DNA from: an uncultured Chloroflexia bacterium | Lineage (GTDB): Bacteria > Chloroflexota > Limnocylindria > Limnocylindrales > CSP1-4 | Assembly (NCBI GenBank): GCA_963713975.1 | Contig: OY970218.1 | Coordinates: 2,176,001-2,240,000 of the forward strand | Length of the DNA stretch: 64,000 nt | Direction of reading: 5' to 3' | Shown: positions 38,879 through 48,568 of the stretch, in pieces | How the letters are laid out: every line of letters starts with the position of its first letter | Numbering within the stretch: the stretch's first letter is position 1 | Translations under genes and position numbers: made by a program | Notes under the pieces: generated by a model | What the model was told of the DNA's origin: nothing | The model's input: only the letters and a program-made list of their open reading frames with translations | Databases searched by the model: none

Positions 38879-38908
38879 AGGACTTACCAACCGTCCTTGA
38901 CGCACAAG
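38879..38908 (-). repeat. Right TIR of element A
   Basis: AGGACTTACCAACCGTCCTTGACGCACAAG. Confidence 0.93.
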
Positions 38909-38950
38909 CCGCTGGCGCGATCGTCCGTCCGCTCTCGGTGGACGAGCCGG

Positions 38951-39511
38951 CTAGCGAGCCACGCGGTAGCGCAGGTAGACGACTCTCGAGCTGAACGTGT
39001 GCGTCTCGAGGAGGTCGAGATCGACCCGGCGCTCGTCCCGTGGAAAGTACGGGATGCCACCGCCAAGCAGCACGGGGTGGACCCGCGGCCGGTACTCGTC
39101 GATCAGGCCCAACGCCGCCGCCTAGACGGCGAGCGTAGCGCCGCCGATCGCGATGTCGCCATCGCCCGGCTCGGCTCTCAGCCGCTCGATCTCCTCCGCC
39201 AGGCCGCCGGTCGCCAGCCGGGCATTGCCCTCGACCGCCGACAACGTCCTGGAGAACACGACCTTTGGGAGGGGGTTCCACAGCGCGGCCCACTCGCGCT
39301 CCGCGTCGTCCAGGGATGGGTTGTGGTCGTCTTCCCAGTACAGCATCGTCTCGTACAGCCGACGTCCCATCAGGTGGACGGAGACCTCTCGGAGTTCGTC
39401 GATGAAGGAGCGGAAGACTTCACCGTCGGGCACCGTCCAGTCGAAGCCGCCGTCCGGCCCGACGATGTAGCCGTCCAGCGAGACGCCTATCGAATAGGTC
39501 ACGCTGCGCAT
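38951..39511 (-). pseudogene. RibD C-terminal/DHFR-family protein with in-frame TAG at 39122-39124
   Basis: SLDGYI, MGRRLYE, PKVVFSRTL, IGGATLA; the frame continues after TAG as AAALGLIDEY..HPVLLGGG.PYF..YLRY*. Confidence 0.82.
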
Positions 39512-39657
39512 CAGGAGTCCTCCTCAGCATCGGGTTCGAGAGTATGACCGCCCGACGCCGCAGGACGCATCGCGGGCTCCCGGTCATGGGCGATGGGCGC
39601 CGACTGCGACGGTGATCATCGCCGACCGCACGGCGCCGGGCGGGTATCATCGCCGCG

Positions 39658-40932
39658 ATGAGCGATCGAGGGCTCCCCCCCGAGGGCGCACCGGCCTGTC
39701 CGTTCGTCGCGTTCGAGGACGACCGCGACGGCCGGGCCACGGCTCCCGACCATCGGCACCGCTGCTTCGCGGAGGCGAAGCCCGCCCCCCGCGCGCTGGC
39801 CCACCAGGAGGCCTACTGCCTCTCGTCGGCGTTTCCGGTGTGCCCCACGTTCCAGGACTGGGCCCGACGCGAGGCAGCCGCCGCGCGGCCCACAGCCGCG
39901 GCGCCGGTCGCAGCCGTCGTGGCCGCTCCGCGTGACGAGCCGCGCGACGACTACCCGCCGGTCGACCCGGTGCCGCCGGCGCAGGTCGAGCCGCCCCGTG
40001 CCGCTCCCGTGGCGTCATCGGCGATCGTCCCGCCCCGTCGCAACCCGCCACGGGACTGGGCCGCACCGCCGCCATGGGCAGGAGACGAGGCGCCAGCTGC
40101 GGACGTGCCGAACGTGGCAGCCTATCCGCCCTCCTACGAGCCCGGCGCCGTGCCGGTGCAGGCCGCCGACCCCGACGACTGGGGCAGTGCCTCGCGCGGC
40201 CTCGCGGGCAGTGCCGCCGATCGCCTCGCGGGTCCGGACCCCGATCTGCCGGTCGCCTATCCGGCCGACGACCCGGACGGCGATCCCGACGCCTGGGCCG
40301 CCGGGGCCGCGGCGGCCGGCGGGTACGCGGCCTCGAGCTCGGCCACCCGCGACACTCCTCCGCCCCGCCGTGCCCAGCCTTCGCGCCGGGACCAGCGCAG
40401 GTCTGCCGGGTCTGCGTCCCGCAGCGAGGACGCGAAGACCCCGTCGCAGGATCCGTCGGAGCTGTTTGGCCCCGCTTGGGAGCGTCCCCAGCGCTACGAC
40501 GCCTACCCCTCGCTGCGCACCCGCATCGGCCTGCCGCCGATGCGCGGGATCCCGAGGTTGGGGATCTACGCCCTGATCCTGGCCACGGCGGCGCTGTTCC
40601 TGTTCTTCGTCGGGCCGTCGCTCCTGGGGATCAGCCAGGGCGACCAGGGTGCTGCAGGCGCATCCCCGACGCCCGCCGCCTCCGCCGACGCGACGGACTC
40701 GCCGCTCCCGACGGAGCCCCCGGCGCCCACGGCCCAGGTCTATATCGTCGTCAAGGGCGACACGATGTCGAAGATCGCCAAGAAGAACGGCGTGACGGTC
40801 GAGGAGCTCCTGGCCGCCAACAAGCAGATCAAGAACCCGAACAAGATCAAGATCGGGGATGAGATCACGATCCCGGTGCCCGTCCAGGACGACACCGGTG
40901 ACGGGACGGTGGAGGACTCGCCGGTTCCCTGA
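39658..40932 (+). CDS. Membrane protein with N-terminal Cys/His motif and C-terminal LysM domain
   Basis: CPFV..HRC..HQEAYCL..CP; TM helix; YIVVKGDTMSKIA..LLAAN..IKIGDEITIP. Confidence 0.85.
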   Translation: MSDRGLPPEGAPACPFVAFEDDRDGRATAPDHRHRCFAEAKPAPRALAHQEAYCLSSAFPVCPTFQDWARREAAAARPTAAAPVAAVVAAPRDEPRDDYPPVDPVPPAQVEPPRAAPVASSAIVPPRRNPPRDWAAPPPWAGDEAPAADVPNVAAYPPSYEPGAVPVQAADPDDWGSASRGLAGSAADRLAGPDPDLPVAYPADDPDGDPDAWAAGAAAAGGYAASSSATRDTPPPRRAQPSRRDQRRSAGSASRSEDAKTPSQDPSELFGPAWERPQRYDAYPSLRTRIGLPPMRGIPRLGIYALILATAALFLFFVGPSLLGISQGDQGAAGASPTPAASADATDSPLPTEPPAPTAQVYIVVKGDTMSKIAKKNGVTVEELLAANKQIKNPNKIKIGDEITIPVPVQDDTGDGTVEDSPVP

Positions 40933-40982
40933 CGAGCGCGGCCGCGAGCGGGTGTCCCGGTGCCCTCAGCCCGGGGGGATCG

Positions 40983-41318
40983 TCAGCGCGAGAACGGGGT
41001 CAGGTTGATCGAGGTGATCTTGCCCGCCTCGACCCGGAACTGGGCGTCGAGGTGCTGGCTGGGGGCGCCCGGACGGATCACGACCAGGTCCGCCTGGTAG
41101 GTGTTCCCCATGTCGCGGACGTCGCCCGGGATCATCTTGAGCCCCTTGTCCGCGCGCAGGAACCAGCCGCCGACCTGCTCGACACCGCGCAGGGTTCGAG
41201 CGTTGTCACCGACGTGGATGCGCATCTCCGTGCGCTCGTCCATCAGGGTCACGGCGCCCGCGACGTCACCCGCGTTGAGGCGCTCGAAGAAGATCTCCAT
41301 GGTGTCGGTGGCTCCCAT
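40983..41318 (-). CDS. NTF2/SnoaL-like protein
   Basis: FFERLNAGDV..LRGVEQV..FRVEAGKI pattern. Confidence 0.7.
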   Translation of the reverse strand: MGATDTMEIFFERLNAGDVAGAVTLMDERTEMRIHVGDNARTLRGVEQVGGWFLRADKGLKMIPGDVRDMGNTYQADLVVIRPGAPSQHLDAQFRVEAGKITSINLTPFSR

Positions 41319-41342
41319 GGCCTCGAGTGTACCCCGCGGGCC

Positions 41343-43034
41343 TCAGAAGCCGCCGCCCGAGCCCCCGCCGCCCCCGCCGGACCCGCCACCCGAGAACCCT
41401 CCGCCCGACCCGGACGACGAGGGCGAGTTACCGATGGTCCCCAGCGCCGCCATCATCCCGCCGAAGTTGGGGATGGGCGACGAGCTCATCATCCCCGGCG
41501 CCCAGCCGCCGCCGGAATCCGACCCACCCCAGGTGCCACTCGAGCTGCTCCAGTACCACATCGGCAGGTAGGCGCCGCCCGAGCGCCCCGACGTGAGGTC
41601 CTCGACCGACCGCTGCAGGACGCCCTCGACCTCCTCCTGGAGCCCCAGGGCAACGCCCCAGACGACCGCGTCGTCGGGGTCCTCGATCAACGGGATCGCG
41701 GACGCGGTCACGACCTCGCCCATCGAGCGAGACATCGCCATCGTCTTCTCGAGCGTGCGCCGGTAGGCCTCGAGCATCGCGCGGATGACGGCTCCGTCCT
41801 TCGTGCGCGCCGGCATCGCGCTCGAGATCACGAACAGCGCCACGGCCGAGACGATCAGCGCCAGGCCCACGAGGACGAAGCCGCTCGACGGCAGGTTGGC
41901 ACCCGCCACGAGGCTCGCGATTCCTGCCGCCAGCACCAGCACGGCACGGATGACCCAGCGGCCGGTCACCTTTCCGGGAGGCTCCCGGAACCAGCCCTGG
42001 GCCACGAGGTGTGCCTCCAGGGCGGAGTTGAACCGGCCCACGTCCGATCCCAGCTCCAGGATCTCCTTGGGGGCGATGTAGCCCGGACCGCCGCCGATGT
42101 CCCGGAGACGTTCGAGCAGGAACGTGGTGGCCGGATCCATCAGTCGGCGGCGGACCCGCTCGAGGCGCGCCTGCTCGACCGGATCCGGCGGAGCGGCGTC
42201 GATCGTGTGGATCCCGATGTCCGGATCCCCGCCGAACAGCGATTCGTTCGGCTCCGCGCGGAAGCCGATCCGGCCACGGGCCGCGAGGTCCAGGCTCGCT
42301 GCGGTCAAGGCGCGCCGGGTGACGCTTCCGTCACGGACCGCAGCGCCGGCGGCCGGGGTGAGGCCGGGCGGTGGGGCAGGCATGTGGATGGATGGGTCGT
42401 CGAGGTAGACGGGATCCCGTCCGGATCGGTACCAGCTGTGCAGCGCCAGGCCGACGACGACGAGCAGGATGATCGGCGCCAGGACCAGGCCCAGCACGGC
42501 ATTGAGGACCCGGGAGCCAGAGACCCCCGAGATCTTGTCCATCGCGGCCAGCAGGGCCCCGTTCATGTCGCAGTCGCGCAGCTTGGGCAGCATGTCGTTC
42601 TCGAAGATCCGCTGGCGGTCGTCGTTCGACAGCCAGGTCTCCCGGAAGCCGGGTCCGGCGTAGAGCTGCACCTGGCCATGGCACGGGTCAGCCTGTCCGA
42701 GGTCGAACAGGATCACGAGGCCATCGTCGACGCCTGCCCGGCCCACGCCCCACTGGTCCAGGAGAGCCTGGGCGCGCGACTCAGCAGCCGAGGTGCCCTC
42801 GCCGTCCGGGACGAGCTGCGTGTACACGACGATCTCGGCGCCGGTGTCCGCCTCGAACGTGTCGATGGCGGCCTCGACGCGGGCGATGGTCTCGGCATCG
42901 AGCACCCCGGCCGTGTCGTAGACGGCCTGGTCGTTGACAGGGTCCGGGAATGGCGGGCCGGCCGCGGCGGCGATGGCAGGCAGGAGCCCGATTGCCGCGA
43001 CGGCGGCGGCGAGCGCGAGACGGAGGGACCGCAT
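41343..43034 (-). CDS. TPM domain + DUF2207-like membrane protein with Gly/Ser tail
   Basis: VYDTAGVL..WGVGRAGVDDG; LDLAARG; GGGFSGGGSGGGGGG tail. Confidence 0.82.
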   Translation of the reverse strand: MRSLRLALAAAVAAIGLLPAIAAAAGPPFPDPVNDQAVYDTAGVLDAETIARVEAAIDTFEADTGAEIVVYTQLVPDGEGTSAAESRAQALLDQWGVGRAGVDDGLVILFDLGQADPCHGQVQLYAGPGFRETWLSNDDRQRIFENDMLPKLRDCDMNGALLAAMDKISGVSGSRVLNAVLGLVLAPIILLVVVGLALHSWYRSGRDPVYLDDPSIHMPAPPPGLTPAAGAAVRDGSVTRRALTAASLDLAARGRIGFRAEPNESLFGGDPDIGIHTIDAAPPDPVEQARLERVRRRLMDPATTFLLERLRDIGGGPGYIAPKEILELGSDVGRFNSALEAHLVAQGWFREPPGKVTGRWVIRAVLVLAAGIASLVAGANLPSSGFVLVGLALIVSAVALFVISSAMPARTKDGAVIRAMLEAYRRTLEKTMAMSRSMGEVVTASAIPLIEDPDDAVVWGVALGLQEEVEGVLQRSVEDLTSGRSGGAYLPMWYWSSSSGTWGGSDSGGGWAPGMMSSSPIPNFGGMMAALGTIGNSPSSSGSGGGFSGGGSGGGGGGSGGGF

Positions 43035-43060
43035 CAGCGCATCCTACCCGCCCCGGCGGC

Positions 43061-45019
43061 TCAGGTTGGGGCCGGGTGGCGGTCGCGGATCCGCCGGACC
43101 ACGCCGGCCGCCTGCTCGTAGCGCCCGAAGCTGGGCATGAGGTAGGTGCCCGCAACCTCGTCCTCGATGGCCGCCAGGAGGGCGTCGGCCATCTCGATCC
43201 CGGCCTCGGTCCCGGCCGCGCCGGCATCCCGCATCCGGTTCCGTGCAGCTTCCGGGATCGTGATCCCCGGGACCTCGTTGTGGAGGAACTCGGCATGGCG
43301 GGACGACACCAGGGGCAGGATCCCGAGCAGGACCGGGACGGGGAAGCCCCGCGGACCGAAGCGCCGCCGGGACTCCCCGAGCATGGCCTCCACCTGGGCC
43401 ACGTCGTACAGCGGCTGGGTCATCACGAGGTGTGCTCCGGCCTCGAGCTTGCGCTCCAGGCGATCCCATTCCGTGGCTGCATCGTGGGCCGTGGGGTCCA
43501 GGGCGGCCGCGATCGTGAACGAGGCCGCCTGGCCGACGGGGGAGCCGGCCTGGTCCTCGCCGCGGTTGAGGCGGTTGAGGATCTCGATCAGGCCGATGGA
43601 GTCCACGTCCCAGACGCCGGTGCCCGTGGGGTAGTCGCCGACACGCGGCGGATCCCCCGTGAGCGCGAGGATGTTGGTCACGCCCAGGGCGTGGGCGCCC
43701 AGCAGCTCGGACTCCAGGGCCATGAGATTCCGGTCCCGGGTCGTGACGTGGACGACACATTCGAGGTCCAACTGCTGCTGGATACCGAACGCGACCGCCA
43801 TCGCGCCCATGCGCACCCGCGCCATCGCGGAGTCCGAGATGTTGACGGCGTCGGTGCCGGCCTCCTGGAGCAGCCGCGCGGCATCGATCGTGCGCTCGAT
43901 GCGGATGCTGCGCGGAGGGTCGATCTCCACGGAGATGACGAAGCGACCGTCGGCAAGTGCCCGCGCCAGCCGCGACGCCGGCATCGCGGCGGCGGGCTCC
44001 GGCACGGTGCCCAGGGCCGACTCCACGGCGGCCGAGCGCGGCGCGGGGATCACGGTGGCCGGTCCGCTGCCGGTGCCGGCGGTGCTGTCTGCCCTCGCGG
44101 CCGTGCGACGGTCGTCGGCCGTGGTCACGGCGTCGAGGGCGGCGCGCATCGCGGCCACGTGCTCCGGCGTGGTTCCGCAGCAGCCTCCGATGATCCGGGC
44201 ACCCGCGTCGAGCAGGCGCGGGACGATCTGGCCAAAGTAGGCGGGCTCGGCGGCGTAGACGAACCTGCCCTCGAGACGTTGCGGCAGGCCGGCATTGGGC
44301 ATGATCGAGCGGGCGGGGTCACCGGCGGCCGCGGCACCGAAGTCGTCCAGGGCGTCGATGCAGGCGAGCGGGCCAGAGCCGCAGTTGACGCCGATCGCGT
44401 CAACCTGCGCCATCGCGAGCGCGGCGGCGGCCACGGCCGGCGCGGTCCCGTCCGAGAGCGCGAGGTCCTCGCCGAAGGTCATGGACGCGATGATCGGGAC
44501 GTCGGCCGCCGTGCGCGCCTCGTCGATCGCCAGCAGCAGGTGGTTCAGGTCGAAGAACGTCTCGAGGACCAGCATGTCGGCGCCACCCTCGAGCAAGCCT
44601 TCGATCTGCTCCCGGTAGACGGCGCGGACCGTGGCCTCGTCGAGGTGCCGCAGCTCCCGGGTGGGCGGGCCCAGCGGTCCGACGCTGCCACCGACCCAGG
44701 CGTCACGCCCGCTCACGTCACGGGCCTCGCGAGCCAGCTGGGCCGCGCGCCGGTTGAGGCGGCCGGCCTCCGCGGCCAGCCCGAAGCCGTCCAGGCGGGT
44801 GCGAGTGGCGCCGAAGGTCAGCGTCTCGACGAGGTCCGCACCCGCATCGAGGTACTCGCGGTGGATCGTGCCCACGAGGTCGGGACGCGTGGCTGCCAGC
44901 TCGTCCAGGCAGGCGCGCTGCGGGATGCCACGCGAGAACAGGAGCGTGCCCATCCCGCCGTCGGCGAGGAGCGGGCGATCGGCGAGGCGGGCGGCGAAGC
45001 GGGCGCGGGGCTGGCTCAT
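43061..45019 (-). CDS. yitJ: Bifunctional homocysteine S-methyltransferase / methylenetetrahydrofolate reductase
   Basis: DGGMGT, GVNC, PNAG, GGCCGTTPEH; VEIDPP, RDRN, TGDPP, MTQP. Confidence 0.9.
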   Translation of the reverse strand: MSQPRARFAARLADRPLLADGGMGTLLFSRGIPQRACLDELAATRPDLVGTIHREYLDAGADLVETLTFGATRTRLDGFGLAAEAGRLNRRAAQLAREARDVSGRDAWVGGSVGPLGPPTRELRHLDEATVRAVYREQIEGLLEGGADMLVLETFFDLNHLLLAIDEARTAADVPIIASMTFGEDLALSDGTAPAVAAAALAMAQVDAIGVNCGSGPLACIDALDDFGAAAAGDPARSIMPNAGLPQRLEGRFVYAAEPAYFGQIVPRLLDAGARIIGGCCGTTPEHVAAMRAALDAVTTADDRRTAARADSTAGTGSGPATVIPAPRSAAVESALGTVPEPAAAMPASRLARALADGRFVISVEIDPPRSIRIERTIDAARLLQEAGTDAVNISDSAMARVRMGAMAVAFGIQQQLDLECVVHVTTRDRNLMALESELLGAHALGVTNILALTGDPPRVGDYPTGTGVWDVDSIGLIEILNRLNRGEDQAGSPVGQAASFTIAAALDPTAHDAATEWDRLERKLEAGAHLVMTQPLYDVAQVEAMLGESRRRFGPRGFPVPVLLGILPLVSSRHAEFLHNEVPGITIPEAARNRMRDAGAAGTEAGIEMADALLAAIEDEVAGTYLMPSFGRYEQAAGVVRRIRDRHPAPT

Positions 45020-45031
45020 GACGCGGACAGC

Positions 45032-46312
45032 CTAGCGGAGGGAGGGGCGCCCACGCCGTCGTCCGAGGATGAGCCGCCCATCCGGCTCGAGCAGCACCTG
45101 CGGCGCAGCGGGGCGACCGTTGTAGGTCGAGGCCATCGACGCGGCATAGGCCCCGGTCCCGGCGATCGCGAGGAGATCGCCCCGGCGCAGCGCCGGGAGG
45201 TCGTGGCGGCCGAGCGTGTCGGTGCTCTCGCAGATCGGGCCGTCGACACGGGTCGGTACGAGGGAGAACGTGGGTGCCCCGCCGTTGAAGACGGCCGGCA
45301 GCCCGAGCGTGGTCAACGCGACGATCCGGTGCTCCGCCCCGTAGAGGGCCGGCCGGATCAGCTCCGTCATGCCCGCGTCGATCACGACCACCCGCTCGGC
45401 GTCGCCGCGCTCCCGCACGTGGAGCACCGAGGCGACGATCCACCCGGCCGATGCAACGAGGAACCGGCCCGGTTCCACGGCCAGGCGCGCGGGCCGGCGC
45501 TCGTGCGGGATCGCCTCCAGGAGGCCCGCCGCCTCACGGGCGAACCTGGCGGGCGTGGGGACGGTGCCCGGGTCACCGACCGGGAAGCCGCCGCCGACGT
45601 CCAGCGTGTCGAAGGCGGGCTGGCCGGCTCCCAGCAGGGCGCACAGGGCCAACCCGCGCCGGGCGGCGTCACGCCATGCGTCCACGGCGCCGAGCTGGGA
45701 CCCGACGTGGAGGTGGATGCCGCGCGCCACCACCGCCCCGCCTGGCACCAGCGACGCGGCGGCCGCGGTGAGCTCCGTCTCCGTCATGCCGAACTTGGAC
45801 GAGCTCCGGCCCACGGCCAGACCCGCCTGGGTCTCCGGGTTCACGTCCGGGTTCAGGCGCAGCAGCACCTCGAGCGCCGGTCGGTCGGGTCGTCCGAGGC
45901 CCGCACGGGCCGCCATTGCTCCGAGCGCGTCAAGCTCCTCGGGGCTCTCGACCGCTATCCACCGCAGCGGATCCCCGGAGGCCGCGGCACGCACGGCAGC
46001 CCGAAGGTCGGCTGTGGACTTGCCGATCCCCTCCAGCGTGATCCGCTCGTTGGGGATGCCTGCCGCCTTCGCGGCCGCCCACTCGCCGGTGGACACTGCA
46101 TTGGCGTCCAGCCCCAACGAGCCGAGCCGCCCCACGATCGCCGGCACATCGTTGGCCTTGAGCGAGAACGCGCGCAGCCAGGGGTCCGGGAACGCGGCCT
46201 GCAACTCCCGGGCAGCGGCCTCGAGCGCGGCGACTGACGTGACGTGGACCGGCGTCCCGAACCGGCGGGCCGCCCGCAGCAGCGCCTCCCCGTGGACCTC
46301 CGTGCCGTCCAC
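45032..46312 (-). CDS. lysA: Diaminopimelate decarboxylase
   Basis: SLKAN, SKFG, HLHVGSQ, DVGGG, EPGR, GPICESTD, GAY..YN. Confidence 0.88.
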   Translation of the reverse strand: MDGTEVHGEALLRAARRFGTPVHVTSVAALEAAARELQAAFPDPWLRAFSLKANDVPAIVGRLGSLGLDANAVSTGEWAAAKAAGIPNERITLEGIGKSTADLRAAVRAAASGDPLRWIAVESPEELDALGAMAARAGLGRPDRPALEVLLRLNPDVNPETQAGLAVGRSSSKFGMTETELTAAAASLVPGGAVVARGIHLHVGSQLGAVDAWRDAARRGLALCALLGAGQPAFDTLDVGGGFPVGDPGTVPTPARFAREAAGLLEAIPHERRPARLAVEPGRFLVASAGWIVASVLHVRERGDAERVVVIDAGMTELIRPALYGAEHRIVALTTLGLPAVFNGGAPTFSLVPTRVDGPICESTDTLGRHDLPALRRGDLLAIAGTGAYAASMASTYNGRPAAPQVLLEPDGRLILGRRRGRPSLR

Positions 46313-46317
46313 GCGAA

Positions 46318-46713
46318 TCAGTCGCGGACTGCCAGCCCGACCACCGCCGTGATCAGCGAGAGCACCGCCGAGGCCACCACGGCCCCGACGAGCGTGTCCG
46401 CCGTGAACCCCTCGGCCGGCCAGCCGCCCACCGTGAAGTCCAGCCCCGCGAAGCTCTGGGCCACCCACGCGATCCCCAGGAGCAGGGCGGCATTGATCAC
46501 GAAGCCGGACAGGCCCATCGTCATCAGCGAGATGGGGAACGAGAGGATCTTGACCAGCGGCTTGATGACGGCGTTCACGACGCCCACCCCGACCGCCAGC
46601 AGGACCAGCTGCGGCGTGTCGCCCACGAACTGGATCATCGACTCCGGCAGGATCTGCAGCAGGAGCACGAACGCGATCGCGCCCGCGGCCACCGCGGTGA
46701 TGAAGCCCTTCAC
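46318..46713 (-). CDS. Phage holin family 4 (DUF360) membrane protein
   Basis: VNAVIKPLVKILSFPISLMTMGL..INA. Confidence 0.85.
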   Translation of the reverse strand: MKGFITAVAAGAIAFVLLLQILPESMIQFVGDTPQLVLLAVGVGVVNAVIKPLVKILSFPISLMTMGLSGFVINAALLLGIAWVAQSFAGLDFTVGGWPAEGFTADTLVGAVVASAVLSLITAVVGLAVRD

Positions 46714-46714
46714 G

Positions 46715-48361
46715 TCAGTCCTCCGAGCGATGGACGATGCGGCCGCCGATGACGGTCAGGCGCACGCCCGTTCCGATGATGGTAGAGGGACCCGTTGCGA
46801 GGAGGTCCCGGTCAAGGACCACCAGGTCTGCGTCCAGCCCCGGGACCACCCGTCCACGCCGGTGCTCGGCGTAGGCCGCGAAGGCGCCCCCGGCCGTGTA
46901 CGCCTCCAGCGCGTCCGCGAGCGGCAGGCGCTCGGCCGGCAGCCAGCCACCCTCGGGCAGTCCGTCCACGGTCTGGCGGTTGACGGCATTGTTGAGGGCG
47001 ATGAACGGGTCGTAGGGGACCACGGGCCAGTCCGACCCGAAGGCGAGGTGCCCGCCGGCGCGACGGATCGAGGTCCATGCCCAGGCCCGGCTCGCCCGCT
47101 CGGGTCCGATGTTCCCGGCCCAGACCGAGATCTGGTTGGGGCTCGGGTCGCCATGGTAGGGCTGCATGGAGGCCATGACGCCCAGCGAGGCGAAGCGGCC
47201 GATATCGGCGGGATCGATGGTCTCGATGTGCTCCACCCGGTGGCGTCGGGCGTGGGTCCCGGGTGCCGCGCCGTCGCCGTGCGGGTCGCCCGTCCAGGGT
47301 CCGTTGACCGTCGCGGCATGCTCGAAGGCGTCGAGCGCCAGGCGCACGCCCCTGTCGCCGATCGCATGGAGCTCGACCTGCCAGCCGCGGCGGTCGGCCT
47401 CCGTGACGAACGCGTCCAGGACCTCCGGCTCCCACACCGGCAGGCCGCGACTCGTGTCGTCCTCGTAGGGCGCCAGCATCGAGGCGGTCCTGGCCTCGAT
47501 CACGCCGTCCACGAAGCCCTTGAGGATCCCCGCATCGAGGCGGTCGCCGCCCCGGAGCGGGAACGCGGCGGCCTCGTAGGCGTCCAGCCTGTCGCGCCAT
47601 TCGGCCAGGGTCTGTCCGGGCTCCATGATCAGGGCGCCGCGAAAGCGCAGGTCGAGCTCTCCGTCGTCGCGAACACGCCCCCAGAACGCGAGCTCGTCGG
47701 GCGTCAGCCAGGCGTCCTGGGCCGCCGTCAGGCCCAGCACATGCATCCCGGCCTGGGCGCGACGGACCGAGGCGCGGTCATCGTCCTCGGTGGGGACTGG
47801 AATGTGGCGCTCGACGAGGAGCTGGGCGTCCTCCTTGAGGGCGCCGGTCGGCTCGCCGTCCAGGTCCCGGACGATGACGCCGTTGGGCGGGTCGGGGGTG
47901 GTCCGGTCGATGCCGGCGATCCGCAGGGCCGCCGAGTTTGCCCACCCGCTGTGGCCGTCATAGCAGCCCATGTAGGCCGGGCGATCCGGGACCGCAGCGT
48001 CCAGCTGGGCCGCCGTCGGCAGGCCACCGGGGAACGGGGCGTAGAGCCAGCCACGCCCGAGGACCCACGGCAGGTCCGGGTTGGCGGCCGCGTGCTCCCG
48101 GATGCGCTGCCCGATGGCCTCCAGGCTCTGCAGCGGGTAGAGCTGGGCATCGGCCAACTGGCGCGCGCCGCTCCGGACATGGATGTGGGCGTCGTCGAAC
48201 CCCGGCATGACGAGGCTACCGCGGGCATCGACGATCTCTCCGGCGGTGCCGGTCTCCTCCTGCCGGCCCACGGCCAGGATCCGCCCACCGCGGGCCCTGA
48301 CGGTGTCCGCCCCTTCGGCGCCGAGGACGCGCCCGTTGATGATCGTCAATTCGGTCGTCAT
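46715..48361 (-). CDS. Amidohydrolase 3 (YtcJ-like)
   Basis: PGFDDAHIH, HAIGD, RVEH, GSDWP. Confidence 0.9.
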   Translation of the reverse strand: MTTELTIINGRVLGAEGADTVRARGGRILAVGRQEETGTAGEIVDARGSLVMPGFDDAHIHVRSGARQLADAQLYPLQSLEAIGQRIREHAAANPDLPWVLGRGWLYAPFPGGLPTAAQLDAAVPDRPAYMGCYDGHSGWANSAALRIAGIDRTTPDPPNGVIVRDLDGEPTGALKEDAQLLVERHIPVPTEDDDRASVRRAQAGMHVLGLTAAQDAWLTPDELAFWGRVRDDGELDLRFRGALIMEPGQTLAEWRDRLDAYEAAAFPLRGGDRLDAGILKGFVDGVIEARTASMLAPYEDDTSRGLPVWEPEVLDAFVTEADRRGWQVELHAIGDRGVRLALDAFEHAATVNGPWTGDPHGDGAAPGTHARRHRVEHIETIDPADIGRFASLGVMASMQPYHGDPSPNQISVWAGNIGPERASRAWAWTSIRRAGGHLAFGSDWPVVPYDPFIALNNAVNRQTVDGLPEGGWLPAERLPLADALEAYTAGGAFAAYAEHRRGRVVPGLDADLVVLDRDLLATGPSTIIGTGVRLTVIGGRIVHRSED

Positions 48362-48367
48362 GGCGTG

Positions 48368-48373
48368 ATCGTA
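48368..48373 (-). promoter_or_regulatory. Putative -10 box of leaderless amidohydrolase transcript
   Basis: TACGAT 6 nt upstream of ATG; no SD sequence. Confidence 0.5.
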
Positions 48374-48412
48374 CGCGACCGGATCGGCGGTGCAGGGGCG
48401 CGTCACCGGCGC

Positions 48413-48460
48413 TGAAGTCTCGCGTCAGTAGGGGTTTACCGAACGCACCACTCGGGACCT
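48413..48460 (+). repeat. TIR of element B (passenger side)
   Basis: TGAAGTCTCGCGTCAGTAGGGGTTTACCGAACGCACCACTCGGGACCT is the reverse complement of 50725-50772. Confidence 0.94.
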
Positions 48461-48568
48461 TCGTGCCTCCAGGTGTCCCCTGTGGGGACAGCTTCGAGCG
48501 GCCGCGTAGCATGACGAGCCGCTGACGCGTCCACCACGACACTGGCGAGCCACACGAAGGGGGCGCAC

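Larger units (their letters stand above)
36144..38908 (+). mobile_element. Mutator/IS256-like transposon A (2765 bp) with passenger gene
   Basis: 30-bp perfect TIRs (36144-36173, 38879-38908); 8-bp TSD CCGCTGGC (36136-36143, 38909-38916); DDE transposase. Confidence 0.92.

Noticed and set aside
36144-38908. RNA-guided element (TnpB/IscB/IS110 bridge RNA)
   Set aside because: No RuvC/HNH/DEDD motifs recognised, and non-coding space inside either element is only about 25-110 nt; TIR+TSD structure fits a classical DDE element.
46318-46713. Holin-family gene as a prophage indicator
   Set aside because: DUF360-type proteins are commonly chromosomal, and there are no phage genes around it.
38909-48412. 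Composite transposon formed by elements A and B
   Set aside because: Each element has its own TIR pair and its own TSD, and the intervening genes are housekeeping; these are independent insertions.
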